Assembly (NCBI GenBank): GCA_030141605.1
Contig: JAQGDQ010000318.1
Span: 186,001-250,000, forward strand
Direction: 5' to 3'
Length of the DNA stretch: 64,000 bases
Origin: Tubiluchus corallicola
Lineage: Eukaryota > Animalia > Priapulida
Position numbers and translations under genes: made by a program. This document shows positions 1 through 13,106 of this stretch, piece after piece. Below the pieces are notes generated by a model that had not been told where the DNA came from, searched no databases, and saw only the letters and a list, made by a program, of their open reading frames with translations. The stretch's first letter is position 1, and every line of letters begins with the position of its first letter.

Positions 1-65
1 TTGATCAAATGCATGAAAGAGGCAGCCTAGTGTAGGTTAGAAACTTTCGTTTTTAAGGAAAAATA

Positions 66-817
66 TATTAATAATCTTTATTTGCCATAAAAATCGATAT
101 TCACAACTATAAAAGCATAAAGAACATCGCAGCATGAGAATAAAATTCACACAACTGTTAAAGGCAAATGCGTCCTGTGCAAACTAAAAACTACTGTGCC
201 AAAAATTTAAAACAAAAATATACATTATAATATTACACCGAAATTATAATAGACTATATACAATATATACATATAATTTAAAATGGACGTGGGTAAATAA
301 AATTTGTGGATGAATATATATTATCGTTTACGTATGTTGGATTTTCAAAACGATTTAATGTATGTATTTTTAATTTTGATTTGAATTCGTCAAAAGACTT
401 GATTTGTTTTAAATTTGATGGCAGGGTATTCCAAAGTTGAACTCCTTGTTTAGTGTTAGAATTGTTGCCATATTTGTTATTAGTGCGTATTTGTCTAATA
501 TTGTGTGTTCTTGGATTTAATGTTGGCTCCAAGAGGAGTGGAAGCTTATTTTCGACGAAGGGCGTGTTAATTTGTTGATGTATTTATATAAAAACAAGAT
601 TGTGTAGAAGTCTTTATGTGCTTGTAAAGTTGGGATTTTAAACATTGTTCTTAATTCTGTTGCAGAGGTTTGATTTGTTATGAGGGACGTTTTATTTGAA
701 TAGCCAACAACTAATCTTAATGCATAATTTTGAAGACTATTTAGTTTGTTATAGCTGTCTCTTGAAACATCATGAAAAAGTGTGCATCCGTATAAAAAGT
801 GCGGTAGAATGAGAGTT
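66..817 (-). mobile_element. 5'-truncated CR1/L2-group LINE (ORF2 C-terminus + 3' UTR), copy 1
   Basis: Minus-strand LILPHFLYG..KLNSLQNYALR..QLWNTLP..YPRPF* (frameshifted) is a typical ORF2 end. AATAAAGATTATT tail at about 66-83. Near-identical to 10357-11087. Confidence 0.85.
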
Positions 818-1261
818 AGAATGATAGTAGATAGATAGATACATATTTTGTTTCTGCAAATCAATTTTCTTACACGAAAATTACAAGATCAACGTAAACC
901 CGATGGTTTTATCAGCGGGCAGGGCTCGGACAATGATTTCCAGATCATACTAACGATTTGACCCAACATAGCTGCACAAGGTATATACACAGATATACAA
1001 ATTTAGTTTCAAACTCTCTGTTTCAAAAACTATTAACTAATCATTTGTACACATTTGATAAACAAATATTTTACCTATATGATAATCACAATGATGCGGT
1101 ATTATGCCGTAACAAATCTATACTATTTAATTCAAAAATCTATGCATGCAGTCATAAATGATATTGACTTTAATTCTCCATCAAATAAATTTGCAATATT
1201 ACTATAATTTAACGCGTACAGAGATCTAAAAAGTGCATTTTCTGTCTGCATTTCTCCACAG

Positions 1262-1344
1262 AGACACAGCCTGCGCTCACGAGGTACATTTGCCCAACGA
1301 CCTGTTTCTATACCTAGATTGTGGGTTGAGACTCAGTAGTAATG
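1262..1344 (+). CDS. candidate internal exon, unknown protein (RDTACAHEVHLPNDLFLYLDCGLRLSSN)
   Basis: Strong acceptor tttctgtctgcatttctccacag and donor gttagc. Phase 2->1 fits candidate exons 944-980 and 1867-2030. No recognisable homology. Confidence 0.25.
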
Positions 1345-1476
1345 GTTAGCAAGAGAATTTACACAACGCTACAGCTAACGCAAACTCTGTATGCAATAAG
1401 ACAGCATGTAAGTGATATGAAATTTCAAGATGAATTTTTAAGCTTCATTTGCAATGGCTGTTTTCTTGTACTTTAA
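1345..1476 (+). mobile_element. Kolobok-type MITE family C, right-end fragment
   Basis: Matches 17870-18002 (gcatgtaagtgatatgaaatttcaaga) and ends TTTTCTTGTACT-TTAA. Confidence 0.65.
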
Positions 1477-1866
1477 CAGAATCTTTTGTTCAGAAAAAGA
1501 CAGGAATAATTGAAAAGTTTTCCCAATTTTAGAGACACAGAAATTTTAGAGGCATTAATATACAAAATATAGGAAAATATACATGAAATTTTGCTCTATA
1601 TGAGTAATAAGAGGCAAAAGATAAACTTAGCTATGGTACGAATAAAGTTAAGTATGCACATAAACTGGAATGAGATTTTAGTTAATAAAAACGTAAAAAA
1701 GGATAGGAAAATTAATTTCACTTTGACATATAATATGAAATTCGATTGGTAATGAATATAAACAGAATGGTAAAAAATTGCTAAGGTTTAAACGTATCAA
1801 ATTAAAAAAATGTTTGCTCTTTGCAACGTTACGTATTTGACTCTTGCTTTCTGGTTGTTGTGTAAG

Positions 1867-2030
1867 CTGTCCAGGAATGCATAGAATCCAGACAAAGACA
1901 TTCCTCTGCTTGGGTTAATGCAAAACTTCTGCTTCGTCATCAGAAAACACTGCATAAATTACCCCCATTGAAGACAAAAACCTTCTTGGCTGGAGGCAGA
2001 CTGATCGAATTAAATCAGATGTTTAAATGA
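1867..2030 (+). CDS. candidate terminal exon, unknown protein (AVQECIESRQRHSSAWVNAKLLLRHQKTLHKLPPLKTKTFLAGGRLIELNQMFK*)
   Basis: 54 open codons with protein-like composition after a pyrimidine tract. The acceptor (aag) is weak. Confidence 0.25.
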
Positions 2031-2242
2031 GAAACTGTTTATGAAATGTTTTATATGTGACAAGACTTTTATTAATGTAAATGAAAAACAGTCTGTGGGA
2101 TTTTCATTCCTTTTTAAAACTTTGTGTGGCTCAGCAGCAGAGGACTCCTATGTTCAAACTTGAAAGTGAGTGTGTTTAGTCTTTTATTCTTTCATTCTAT
2201 CATTCTTTCATTCAATCATTCATTGCTGAGAAGATCAATGTG

Positions 2243-2289
2243 TCTGACTGACTGACTGACTGGCTGACTAACTGACTGACTGACTGACT

Positions 2290-2321
<32 letters not shown>

Positions 2322-2329
2322 GACTGACT
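2243..2329. repeat. (GACT)n microsatellite
   Basis: Direct reading. Confidence 0.95.
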
Positions 2330-2489
2330 TGTAAAGTAAAATTCTGTAAAATCTGTGGCTCAGTTTACTCATTATCAAATATTTTCAAACGTTGCCATTT
2401 TCTGAAATGTGGAAAATTTGGACTATGTAACATTTCAAATTTGTTATCCCTATTAAAGTTTTATGTCAATTTCATAGTCAACAAACTAT

Positions 2490-2779
<290 letters not shown>

Positions 2780-3871
2780 ATATTACATTATTTTGATCTA
2801 CAGTTTCCCTTTAATCAGCTACCTGTATGGTCAAAACCAGGCAGTAATTTAATGATTTGAACAACAAATAAACCACACTACACGAGTGCTAATAAAAGTA
2901 CCACTAAAACACGGATCAATAGTATTATATACTTAGCTCACAGGTGAACATTATAATTGTAGATCTCAGTGTGCTTGTCTCGCAGAAAAAGCGCAGTGTA
3001 TTGATTTTTTTACACCTGTTTACTCTGAAAATCCACTCTCGCTTTTCAGACAAGGTTTACACAAACAACAAAGGAACAAGGACAGGAAGAATAGACTTAG
3101 ACATTCTAAAGCCGTCAAGTTATGAATTGAAGCATCGTTATTGTTTTATAGTGAAATAGAAGAAACTTCCTTTGACTATGAAATAAAACTGAATTGAATA
3201 TTCTGAACAACATAAAAATAAAGAATTTTATAGATTTGTATACCGGGTGAGGCTGCAATATTAGTGAGCGCTGAAACTTAGGCTGCAATATTACTAGAAG
3301 CATGCGCTCTACAGAGTTGAAATTTCAACACGTGGTAATGAGATAAATTAGTTTTTGGTTATGAAAGTTACAAGTTTATTGCTTTACGGTCGAAAAGCTT
3401 TTGCGTGTTAAAAATATTATGTATCGGAACAACGCAAATTAATCGTATATTAAAATGCAGCCTATTTGATATATAAAGTGCTCAATAGGTGGCAGCAAAA
3501 CAATACTAATTTCAAATACGAACAGGTATTTGCATCACAGATGAAAAAGCATTGTTAAAGATTTTATTGCCAGGGAAAAAAATGGAAATATTGGGCAATC
3601 CTCTGAATTGGGGTATCTGGAATCCCCTGAAAGGAAAATGGACAATGTCCACACAGAGACGCTTGAAGCACACCTCTTAGAGATGTGAGAAACTATATCA
3701 GCTGTTGGAAGAAATGCCTTCGTCTAATTTGCAGTGAAAAAAACGTCGACACAATGTAAATTTAGAAATAAACATTTTAGAAATAATTCGATACCAAACA
3801 TTACAAGTTACTGAGTTCCATGTTACGTAGTTCTCGTTGTACAATTTTTTCTAAGTTCTGATGTGCCTTTT

Positions 3872-4247
3872 AATAAGCCTTTTCACAGTTCCAGCAATTG
3901 ATAATGATCATTAAAAGGTCAAAGGTTAAGTGAACCAGGCCAAGGCATTTGTGTACACTTGACAACGCCTCACAGCCCATGCTGCTGTAATAGAAACAGT
4001 TTTAACAGCTAGCTAGAATCTTACCTATCTTATCTAACTAGCAGGATCTTGCTTGGGAACAAGAAAAAATGAACTAGGTAACTACAGTCCACGTAAAATA
4101 ACTGAAATTACTGCACTGACGTGGCAGATGGCTTTACTTTACACACGTCACGTGACGGTTGCAGTTAAGACGTGTTGCTGTGATACACATCATCTTGGAC
4201 CTACAGCGACTACGCGTGCGCACAACGAAATTGTGAAAAGGCCTGTT
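3872..4247. mobile_element. MITE family F, intact copy (TIR about AATAGGCCTTTTCACAGTT)
   Basis: Begins aataagccttttcacagtt and ends aattgtgaaaaggcctgtt. A second copy at 10023-12080 is split by a LINE. Confidence 0.75.
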
Positions 4248-4601
4248 TTCTTGACAACAAGACTGTATTGTTTATTCGAATGGAATACTATTCAGATAGA
4301 AATTATCACGGCTTACACAAATCCAAGACGAATTTTGTTTACACAGTTTTATTACAAGGATGACGGTAATGTCCTTAAGACAAAATATTGATTCCGTAAT
4401 TGGACAGCATTAATAAAATTACGCTTGCGCAGCCAAGCCACTTAAGTCCAGTTTAATTTTAATATTTTGACACACATAGACAGGCGGCCCCAAAACGCAT
4501 CCTTGTCTAACGAGTTTTTGACAAGTTACTGTAATCGTATGTTCAAATCTGCAGCTAACGATGTACAGCCTTATGTACGGCCTTATCTATGTAAACTTCG
4601 T

Positions 4602-5271
4602 TTAAAGGACAAGGAAACCTTTTACTTCACCATGCGTAAGCACAGCGGTAAATTTGAAATTTGAATTTTTATCTTAAAACTTAGTTTTAGTACAACACAC
4701 TGAATAGTAGCACTGTACTTCAATTTTCACTTTCACAAACACGTGCAACACGCTCGTGGAATATTGCAGATACATTAAACAAATTACAGCTCCAGTAAAA
4801 ATAATGAAAGTGAGTTAGCAATAAACAATAATAATAATGCTGAATCTTTTTTTCTAGACTATGTGAATATTCAGTGAAATAGATGTCGAACCGAAAGATA
4901 ACTAAGAGATAAATTCGGAAGTAAGAATACAATTTTTTCCTAAATCCATTAATTAACTGAATAGTAGCCGATTAAATAGAGGCGAAATGTTTTAACTGCA
5001 GTGTGCAATGTTTGGCAAGCTAAGATTTCATGAGGGAGACTATTAAAAAGTTTGACACCATTATGGTGTAGAGAGTTCAAGCCATATTGAGTCTTGAACC
5101 TGTTTTTTTATTCTTGAACCTATTTTGTCAGCAATAGTTGGACTCGCCCGTTCATTAAGTTTTTAATCTATTATTTAACTATCTGAAATGCTTTTGCAGT
5201 ATTAATGGTGCTAAAATGTATCCGACCTGAAAAAGGGGTAGTATATGAAAAATCATCCAGCCTTCCTTTAA
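4602..5271 (-). mobile_element. Kolobok-type MITE family A (left end resembles the family C TIR)
   Basis: TTAA-AGGACAAGG ... CCTTCCT-TTAA. Body is the reverse complement of 7331-7660 and matches 32590-32911. Confidence 0.75.
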
Positions 5272-5673
5272 CTTATGTAAAGTGCCACGTTGACCATGTC
5301 GCAAATTTTTAGGACATATTTTAAAATTACTTTTTCTTTCGCTTTAACGAGTTAATTATAATTTAATGACAATTAATTGTAAATTTTAACATACAGCTAA
5401 GAATTTATAGTTCCTATCTACGTAAACTTTATTTAATTTCTGTAATGTAGGATCTTTACGCTAGTCGCTCCAGATAATCTATACACGCACATAAAATCCA
5501 TGGAGAAGAAGTCCGAGGAAAATCTGAATTTATTTGTAGCTACCCTGCATCTAGGAATGTCCGGAATAAGAAGCAAGAAGCAGAAATAGAAAAATAAAAA
5601 AGCAAAATTTTAAGCAAAAGCAACGTCTTTGAGCCATCAGTAAACTTTCTATACATGCTGTACAGTGGTATGG

Positions 5674-5990
5674 TTACCCATCATGCAATGCACATTACCC
5701 GGCATGCAATGCGCATTAAAGCTTAAATAATACCTTCATTTTCTCACGTGCCAAGCATCAAGTGACACAGAATTGGTCTAAATACCGCAGGTTAACAAGC
5801 AAAGAAAATCGACTGACGGTTTTCTATATAGGAAAGCATTAAACGCACGTATATGCTAATCTGTATATTGATTACTACCGGCACGATATAGTACAATGTT
5901 TGTGTAATATCCCAGCATGCAATTTGTATAAAGTACGCAACGTGTACAGTAAAAATAGCAAGAGCCCGAAACGAAAGTTGGAAAAATGGC
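5674..5990 (+). promoter_or_regulatory. candidate promoter with three Staf/ZNF143-like motifs and a YY1-like motif
   Basis: TTACCCATCATGCAATGCA (5674), TTACCCGGCATGCAATGCG (5695) and ATCCCAGCATGCAA (5909) fit the SPH/Staf consensus. AAAATGGCG at about 5983-5991. Confidence 0.45.
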
Positions 5991-6018
5991 GCATTTATTA
6001 AAATATGACTTATTAAAG
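5986..6018 (+). CDS. candidate first coding exon MAHLLKYDLLK (phase 0)
   Basis: Strong start context aaaATGg and donor AAG|gttagt, downstream of the Staf-like motifs. Confidence 0.3.
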
Positions 6019-6182
6019 GTTAGTTAGAACACAGTTCGATTCGATCTGGAGGCTTTCTTCAACATGACTGATTATTTCTTTCATTCAGCACCTCTCTCTC
6101 TAAGTTCAGTAAAAACCCATTGTAAGCTTAAAACAATACCATGTAAATAATTATAATTATGTAATTAATAATTACGTCCATG

Positions 6183-7197
6183 TTCAATTCAATTCAATTC
6201 AATTTATTTATTAACTCCTCAAGAATTAACAAAATACAGTATTAGGAATGCATGCAATATTATGTAACAAAGGAGAAGGGCAGCGAAGAACACGTACGTT
6301 AACTAGTCAGCCACCCTTAAATAGCTACGATTAAGTAAAATTAATTTTGGCACCAGTCTCAATTTAAATTTGAATTCTGTTGACGTCTGTAATAGGCAAT
6401 TAACTGATGGGAAATGCAATATTGTAGAACACGATAATTTAAATAACCAAGAATTTACAATTCTAAAATACTGTGAATATGCGGTGCAAACAAAATAAAA
6501 GTAACATAACATTTTTAACATAACAGAAAATGGATAATGTGAGCATTGACTAAAAAAATCCGACAACAAAACAGTAGAATGATCGACCAAAGATGTTCAT
6601 CAGAAGAATATAATAAATTAAACTAAGGAAAAATAAGGTAAACATAAATCATACAAAACAAAACAAGGAAAACAGAGGCAAATAAGAAAAAACAAAACTG
6701 AAATCTTGAAATAATAACATCAAAGACTGCAGCTGTCGAGAAAGAGAATATAATAAATTAAACCATCGAAAAACTAAATCAACTGTAAATAAGACAAAAT
6801 GAAATCAAAATGTAGCAAAAACTTAAAGAAAAACTTATAGTGTCGTAACAATGAAAAAAATGTATAGGTATTCTATTCCAAGTACATCAGTAAAATATCT
6901 CATTCATTTGTACCCGGCAATGAGTTGTTTTTTGTAGTTTAGAATTAACTTATTGTAGTTACTTGACTTTAATTGATCTGATAATGAATTCCAAAGCAAA
7001 GATCCTTGGTGTTTTAAAGAATTCTGGCCTTTAGATGAATTAAATCTTTCGATAAAATAAGATTGGGTTGTAGCAAACCTAGTAGAATGGTGATGTATGT
7101 GACATGCTAAAGTATAATAATTGCTGAATAGATCCGGAAGTGAATTATTTTAGAATTTATATACAAACTTGAGCAATTCTAATTTATACAGATGTGA
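6183..7197 (-). mobile_element. 5'-truncated Crack/L2/CR1-group LINE 3' end with (TTGAA)n tail
   Basis: Minus translation HLYKLELLKFVYKF*NNSLPDLFSNYY..HHSTRF..QGSLLWNSLSDQLK..GYK* (stop 6904-6906). (AATTC)n at 6186-6205. Confidence 0.75.
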
Positions 7198-7326
7198 ACT
7201 TCCCAAAACGGGACCAATTTCACTGTTTAACGTTTATATTACACCTTTACTAAGGTCAAATTTCTTCGCTCAATTTATTTTGACCTATAAGATCCACTTT
7301 GTCATATAATAAAAAGGGTAGCTTTA

Positions 7327-7939
7327 TTAAAGGAAAACAGCATGGTTTTTCAAATGCGATTTCCCATTTTTAAGTAAGATAAAAAGTATACATTTTAACA
7401 CAATTAATACTGCAAAAGCGTTTCTGATCATTAAATAATAGATTAAAATCTTAATTAACGACGGGCGAGCCCAACTATAGATGACATCACAAACTAACAT
7501 AATTTTCAACAGCAAAAATATTCCACGAGCGTGTTGCACGTGTTTGCGAAAGATAAAATTGAAGTACGGTGTTACTGTAAAATATTCTGTGTGTTGCACT
7601 AAAACTAAGCAAGTTTTAAGATAAAAATTCAAATTTCAAGTTTACCGCTGTGCTCATGCATGAGCTGTCGAACGTGTGTAGTTCGTCACAGCTAACACAT
7701 CTGAACTAAGTGGTACAGGACCTGTTTTTGTGCAATGTGTTTCCGAAATGCAGACGCTCATGCCCGTCTAACTAGCGAATGGTGAAATGCAACTAACAGC
7801 GAAGAACTAGTGGCGCGAACGTGAAATTGTGTTTGTGTGGTAATAATTCTTTCGCGTAAGTCATTTTTGAAAAAATAGTACGTTTCCTTTCAATATTTTT
7901 AAGAACAGATTGTTTTGATTGGCTTCGGTTTTGCTTTAA
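7327..7939 (+). mobile_element. Kolobok-type MITE family A, full length
   Basis: TTAA-AGGAAAACAG ... CGGTTTTGCT-TTAA. Homologous to 32304-32911, 42751-43362 and 48565-49078. Confidence 0.85.
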
Positions 7940-8409
7940 AATAAAAATTTGAATTATTTGATGAAACCAGAACCTTGACGAGCAAAACAAGGTCAGAACA
8001 GTCGCTCGGACCGTTACCGTACATAACAGCGCACACGCTAACCGTTACCACACACCACCTTACTTATATGAACGCTGCAACAGATCAGCGCTCAAGCACA
8101 GCTAATTTTAAAAAATAGGTTAATTATTTCCTACAACGTCACCATTTTGACAGTAACAATAAGAGCAAATACAAAACACATCAAAGACACAAAATAATTA
8201 GATCTTTACCTGCGAAAATCAAATATGTCTTCTTTCAATTTTCTACTTTTTTCCCTTCATTTGTTTAGAAGACGCACAATTCATAAATTTCAGTTATACA
8301 CGTTCACAAAATACGTTTTTATTGTCCACTGGGTTAACAATACAGCCAGGTAAATCTACGCTTCTAGCCGGGAAGCTGTTGCTATGTTTATACAGCTCAA
8401 TGTGGCAAC

Positions 8410-9315
8410 AGACAGGTGTGCAATATGCGATGAGTAATCGTTTACTAAGAATTACAGGTAGAAAGACACAGCAGCGTGCCGCCATCTATCGGGAAGTTTA
8501 GTAAATAAACAGGTATCGCGGAGTATAAGCATTAAGCAAGGCAAATATGCAAAATGTGATGATGAGTAATCGTTCATAAAAACTTACAGCTAGAAATACG
8601 CAACAGCATGACGCCATCTATCGGGAAGTTTAAGAAATAAACAGGTGTCGGAGAGTATAAGCATTAAACAAGACAAATATGCAATATGTGATGATGAGTA
8701 ATCATTAACTAAGAATTACAGGTAGAAATGCGCAGCAGCGTGCCACCATCTGTCGGGAAGTTTAAGAAATAAACAGGTATCGTGGAGTATAAGCATTAAA
8801 CTAGACAAATATGCAATATGTGATAATGAGTAATCATTTACTAAGAATTACAGAAATACACAGCAATGTGCCGCCATCTATCGGGGAGTATAAGCAATAA
8901 ACAAGACAAATATGCAATATGTGATGAGAAGTAATCGTTTAGTAAGAATTACAGGTAGAAATACGCAGCAACGTGCCGCCTTCAATCGGGGAGTATAAGC
9001 ATTAAACAGGACAAATAACAAATATGAAATATGTGATGATGAGTAATCGTTTGCTCAAAATTACAGGTAGAAATACGCAGCAGCGTGCCGCCATCTATCG
9101 GGAAGTATAAGCATTAAACAAGACAGGTATGCAATATGTGATGAAAAGTAATCGTTTACTAAAAATTACAGGTAGAAATACGCAGCAACGTGCCGCCATC
9201 TATCGGGGAGCAAAAGCATTAAACAAGACAGGTATGCAATATAATATTATGATGATGAGTGTTGTTTTTAGTAACAATTATATACAAAAATACTGAACAA
9301 AGTGTCGCCATCTGT
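8410..9315. repeat. 105-132 bp minisatellite (about 8 units), each with a CTCF-like motif
   Basis: Recurrent gtgccgccatctatcggg (reverse complement CCCGATAGATGGCGGCAC) and acaggtagaa. Confidence 0.9.
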
Positions 9316-9850
9316 AACATAAAAATTAGACAAGATGGAAGTGCAGTGTGCAGTACTCCACGAATGATCATTTATTAAGGAACTTTACTGGTTGGAATCA
9401 TATTATGGTTGAAATAGCCATTTAAGTTTCGCGATCTATCGGAAAAAACAAAGATTAAACAGGGTCAGATTTGCAACATGTGATCAGTAATCATTTGTAA
9501 TAGAAATTCTCCCAACGATGACCTCTGAACTATGACCTATTAACTATGATCTCTAACCTTTGACCTCGACCAAATATATTTTGCAATTTGGCTTCATTTT
9601 TGGCCTATCGCTGCCTATCCCTGAAACAATTTCCAAATTTTCTTCATTAAAACTTTAGGAACAGTTTTAATGAATAGAAATAAATAAATAAATAAATAAT
9701 AAATAGATAAATAACAACTCAGATATTGTGTTTGTGATTTTTTGCCATGACAATTGGATTGTTACTGCACAAAAATAATAAAAAAGTGTGAATACCAGGA
9801 CATTTTGACATTTGTTTAAGCGTTTTCAGGTAGGAAAAAAGTATTCTTAC

Positions 9851-9904
9851 CAGCATGACGCGCATGCTCCGTGAAAGCGTCCCCTGGTGGCACAAATGAT
9901 GGAC
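9851..9904 (-). CDS. internal exon of an unidentified minus-strand gene (GPSFVPPGDAFTEHARHAG)
   Basis: Acceptor ttttcttacttttgcag and donor CTG|gtaaga. 54 nt, phase 1->1, joins in frame to exon 18764-19031. Confidence 0.55.
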
Positions 9905-10022
9905 CTGCAAAAGTAAGAAAATTGAGCTTGTTTGAACTGAAAAACTTTTCAATGGGGATTATTATTGAAGTATTACTACTTGCAGAACATATTCACGCTG
10001 AAGCTGTTAAGGTTATAAACAG

Positions 10023-10308
10023 AATAACCTTTTCACAGTTCCAGCGATTGATGATGATCGTGAAAAGGTCAACGGCTCAGTGTCAACGCATTTGTGTACG
10101 CTTGACAACGCCTAGCAGCCCATGCTATTGTAATAGCAACAGTTTTAACAGCTAGCGAGAACCTTACCTAGTTTATTTTTTCTTATTCCCAAGCAAAATC
10201 CTGCTAGTAAATCTCTCTACGCACAGGCTAATGCATAATTAAGTAAAGTCCACGTAAAACAACTGAAGTTACTCAACTGATGCGGCTGACGACTTTGCGT
10301 TACACACA

Positions 10309-10358
<50 letters not shown>

Positions 10359-12080
10359 ATAATCTTTATTTGCCATAAAAAATCGATATTCACAACTATA
10401 AAAGCATAAAAGAACATCGCAGCATGAGAATAAAATTCACACAAGTGTTAAAGGCAAATGCGTCCTGTGCAAACTAAAAACTGCTGTGCCAAAAATTTAA
10501 AACAAAAATATACATTATAATATTACACCGAAATTATAATAGACTATATACAATATATACATATAATTTAAAATGGACGTGGGTAAATAAAATTTGTGGA
10601 TGAATATATATTATCGTTTACGTATGTTGGATTTTCAAAACGATTTAATGTATGTATTTTTAATTTTGATTTGAATTCGTCAAAAGACTTGATTTGTTTT
10701 AAATTTGATGGCAGGGTATTCCAAAGTTGAACTCCTTGTTTAGTGATAGAATTGTTGCCGTATTTGTTATTAGTGCGTATTTGTCAAATATTGTGTTCTT
10801 GGATTTAATGTTGGCTCCAAGAGGAGTGGAAGCTTATTTTTGATGAAAGGCGTGTTAATATTGTTGATGTATTTATATAAAAACAAGATTGTGTAGAAGT
10901 CTTTATGTGCTTGTAAAATTGGGATTTTAAGCATTGTTCTTAGTTCTGTTGCAGAGGTTTGATTTGTTATGAGGGACGTTTTATTTGAATAGCCAGCGAC
11001 TAATCTTAATGCATAATTTTGAAGACTATTTAGTTTGTTACAGCTGTCTCTTAAAACTTCATGAAAAAGTGCGGTAGAATGAGAGTTTTAAAAATTAATA
11101 ACTTTGTCTGTTTAGTTGGTTGACCTTTTACCTGCCGTAAGACGTTCCGCATGCCATTTTATCGTAAATTTTATTAAAGTGGTTATCCCTAGAAAGTTTG
11201 TTATCTACACAGATACCTGTTTTTCTGTTTTATTATGCTATTTTCAACTTTTATTGTTGTATTACTTATATTGTCATTTGAGAATGAGGAAAGGACCATG
11301 AAATCTGTTTTGGTGCTATTTAATTTGAGTTTTAAATGGGTAAATGCTATGTTAATGTTTGCGATGTCCTGTTCTAAAAGTCGTTGAGCTGTTGCTAGAT
11401 TTTCGTGGCTTAAATATATAGTTGTGTCGTCAGCAAACTGTGTTATATTACAATGTGTTACTGTTTTAGATATATTGTTAATATAAAGACAAAAAAGTAA
11501 GGGACCCAAAAGTGTGCCTTGTGGTGTGCCCTACTGTAATGTTAGCCATTCTGAGACGGTATTTGTAGATAATTTGACTCTTTGTTTTCTGTTTCTCCAG
11601 TAACTGTTAATGAGCTTTAATGAAGTTGTATTAAATCCTAATGATTTCAAATTGTTTTTCAAAAGATTGTGGTCTAGACTATCAAAGGCTTTACTTAAGT
11701 CTAAAAATGCGGCTACAACATATTTATTTTCATTTAAGTTTGATCTCCAGTTTTCAGTTGCATGTATGATGGCATCAGTAGTAGAGTGTTTTCGTCTAAA
11801 ACCAAATTGATGTTTACTAAGTATATTGTTAACGTTTATCAATATATGTTATCAATATATAAGATATATATGAATTCATTTGTTCAAATAGTACTTTTTC
11901 CAAAATTTTTCCAAAACAATGAACAACGGATGTAGGCCGGTATTAACCTGGGTCAGTTGATGAGTCTTTTTTGAAGATATGCAACGTGACGGTTGCAGTT
12001 AAGAAGCGTTGCTGTGGTACACTTAACCTTAGACCTACAACAACTGCGCGTGCGCACAGCTAAACCGTGAAAAGTTTATT
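10023..12080. mobile_element. MITE family F copy 2, interrupted by (CA)n and a LINE
   Basis: 10023-10301 matches 3872-4145, and 11984-12080 matches 4149-4247. Confidence 0.75.
10357..11982 (-). mobile_element. 5'-truncated CR1/L2-group LINE with a degraded reverse transcriptase, copy 2
   Basis: RT motifs YRP..KILEK, QFGFRRKHSTTDA, FLDLSKAFDSLDH, GTPQGTLLGPLLF and QFADDTT, with stops and frameshifts. 3' end as in 66-817. Confidence 0.92.
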
Positions 12081-12241
12081 AACAGTTTTTGTGGCTTAAA
12101 TGACGTAACTTCAATGCCACTTGGCGAGCTGCATTGAAGGAGCTGCAGCATCGCCTATTTTTTTTCACACAATTTTATCGATAATATTTAATACAATAAG
12201 TATTTTTCCTGTAGCTCCTTCTTTATACTTGTACGGAACCC

Positions 12242-13106
12242 TTTGTACGGAGCACTTTACTTCAAAACGTTAAATATGAAAACTTTAGAAAACTAAATAC
12301 AATGCAAAACTACGCACTTAGATTAATTCATGGCTACTCTAACAAAACTGCTAAACAACATGCTGCTTCTGCAACAAGCTTAAGAACGTCCACAAAAATA
12401 CCAATATTAGAAGCCTATCGAGATTACAAAACACTGATATTTCTTTATAAATATATAAATAAACTGAGCATTCCATTTATAAACAACCCCTTAGCATTTA
12501 TTCCTGATACCACATTGGACACTAGAACATACAATTTAAAGCAAATTACAGTAAACAATAAATTTGGAAATAACTCTATATCAAAACAGGCCATACATTT
12601 ATGGAACTTACTACCCAGTGAAATAAAACAAATAGAATCTCTCCACCACTTTAAAAAGAAATTAAAAGAATATCAATATAACAGGTTTCAACATCCACAT
12701 TGTGCATCTGATACTAATTACACGGACTCCACTTTCATATACCCCCGCCCCTGACTCCATATAATGATTAAAAATGAAATTTTTAAAAAAAAAATTATGT
12801 AATGTAATACGTGTTATGTTAGTTTCGTGTTTCGTAATGTTAAATGTATAAATAGTGTGCACTATGTAATGTAAAATTTAATGTACTTTCCTATAATTGT
12901 TTGTAAAAATATTTTAATATGGTATTTGTAAATATGTTCATTATATTGTATATAGTTTGCACTTTAGTTTTTTTAGTATGCACTGGACGCATTTGTCTTG
13001 AACAGTGTTGTTATTTTAACATTACGCTGAGGCTAACTCAATTTTATTATAATGAGGGAACCGTTTTTATGACAAATAAAGAATTAATAAAAAAATAAAA
13101 AAAATA
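12242..13106 (+). mobile_element. 5'-truncated CR1/L2-group LINE, sister subfamily
   Basis: ORF 12302-12754 MQNYALRLIHGYSNKT..LWNLLP..YPRP* is homologous to the copy 1/2 C-terminus. A-rich tail at 13075-13106 and a possible AACCC TSD (12237-41 / 13107-11). Confidence 0.88.

Noticed and set aside
8410-9315. CRISPR array, or Zelda (CAGGTAG) cluster
   Set aside because: Inter-motif sequence is homologous between units rather than unique. Zelda is known from arthropods and nothing else here points to an arthropod.
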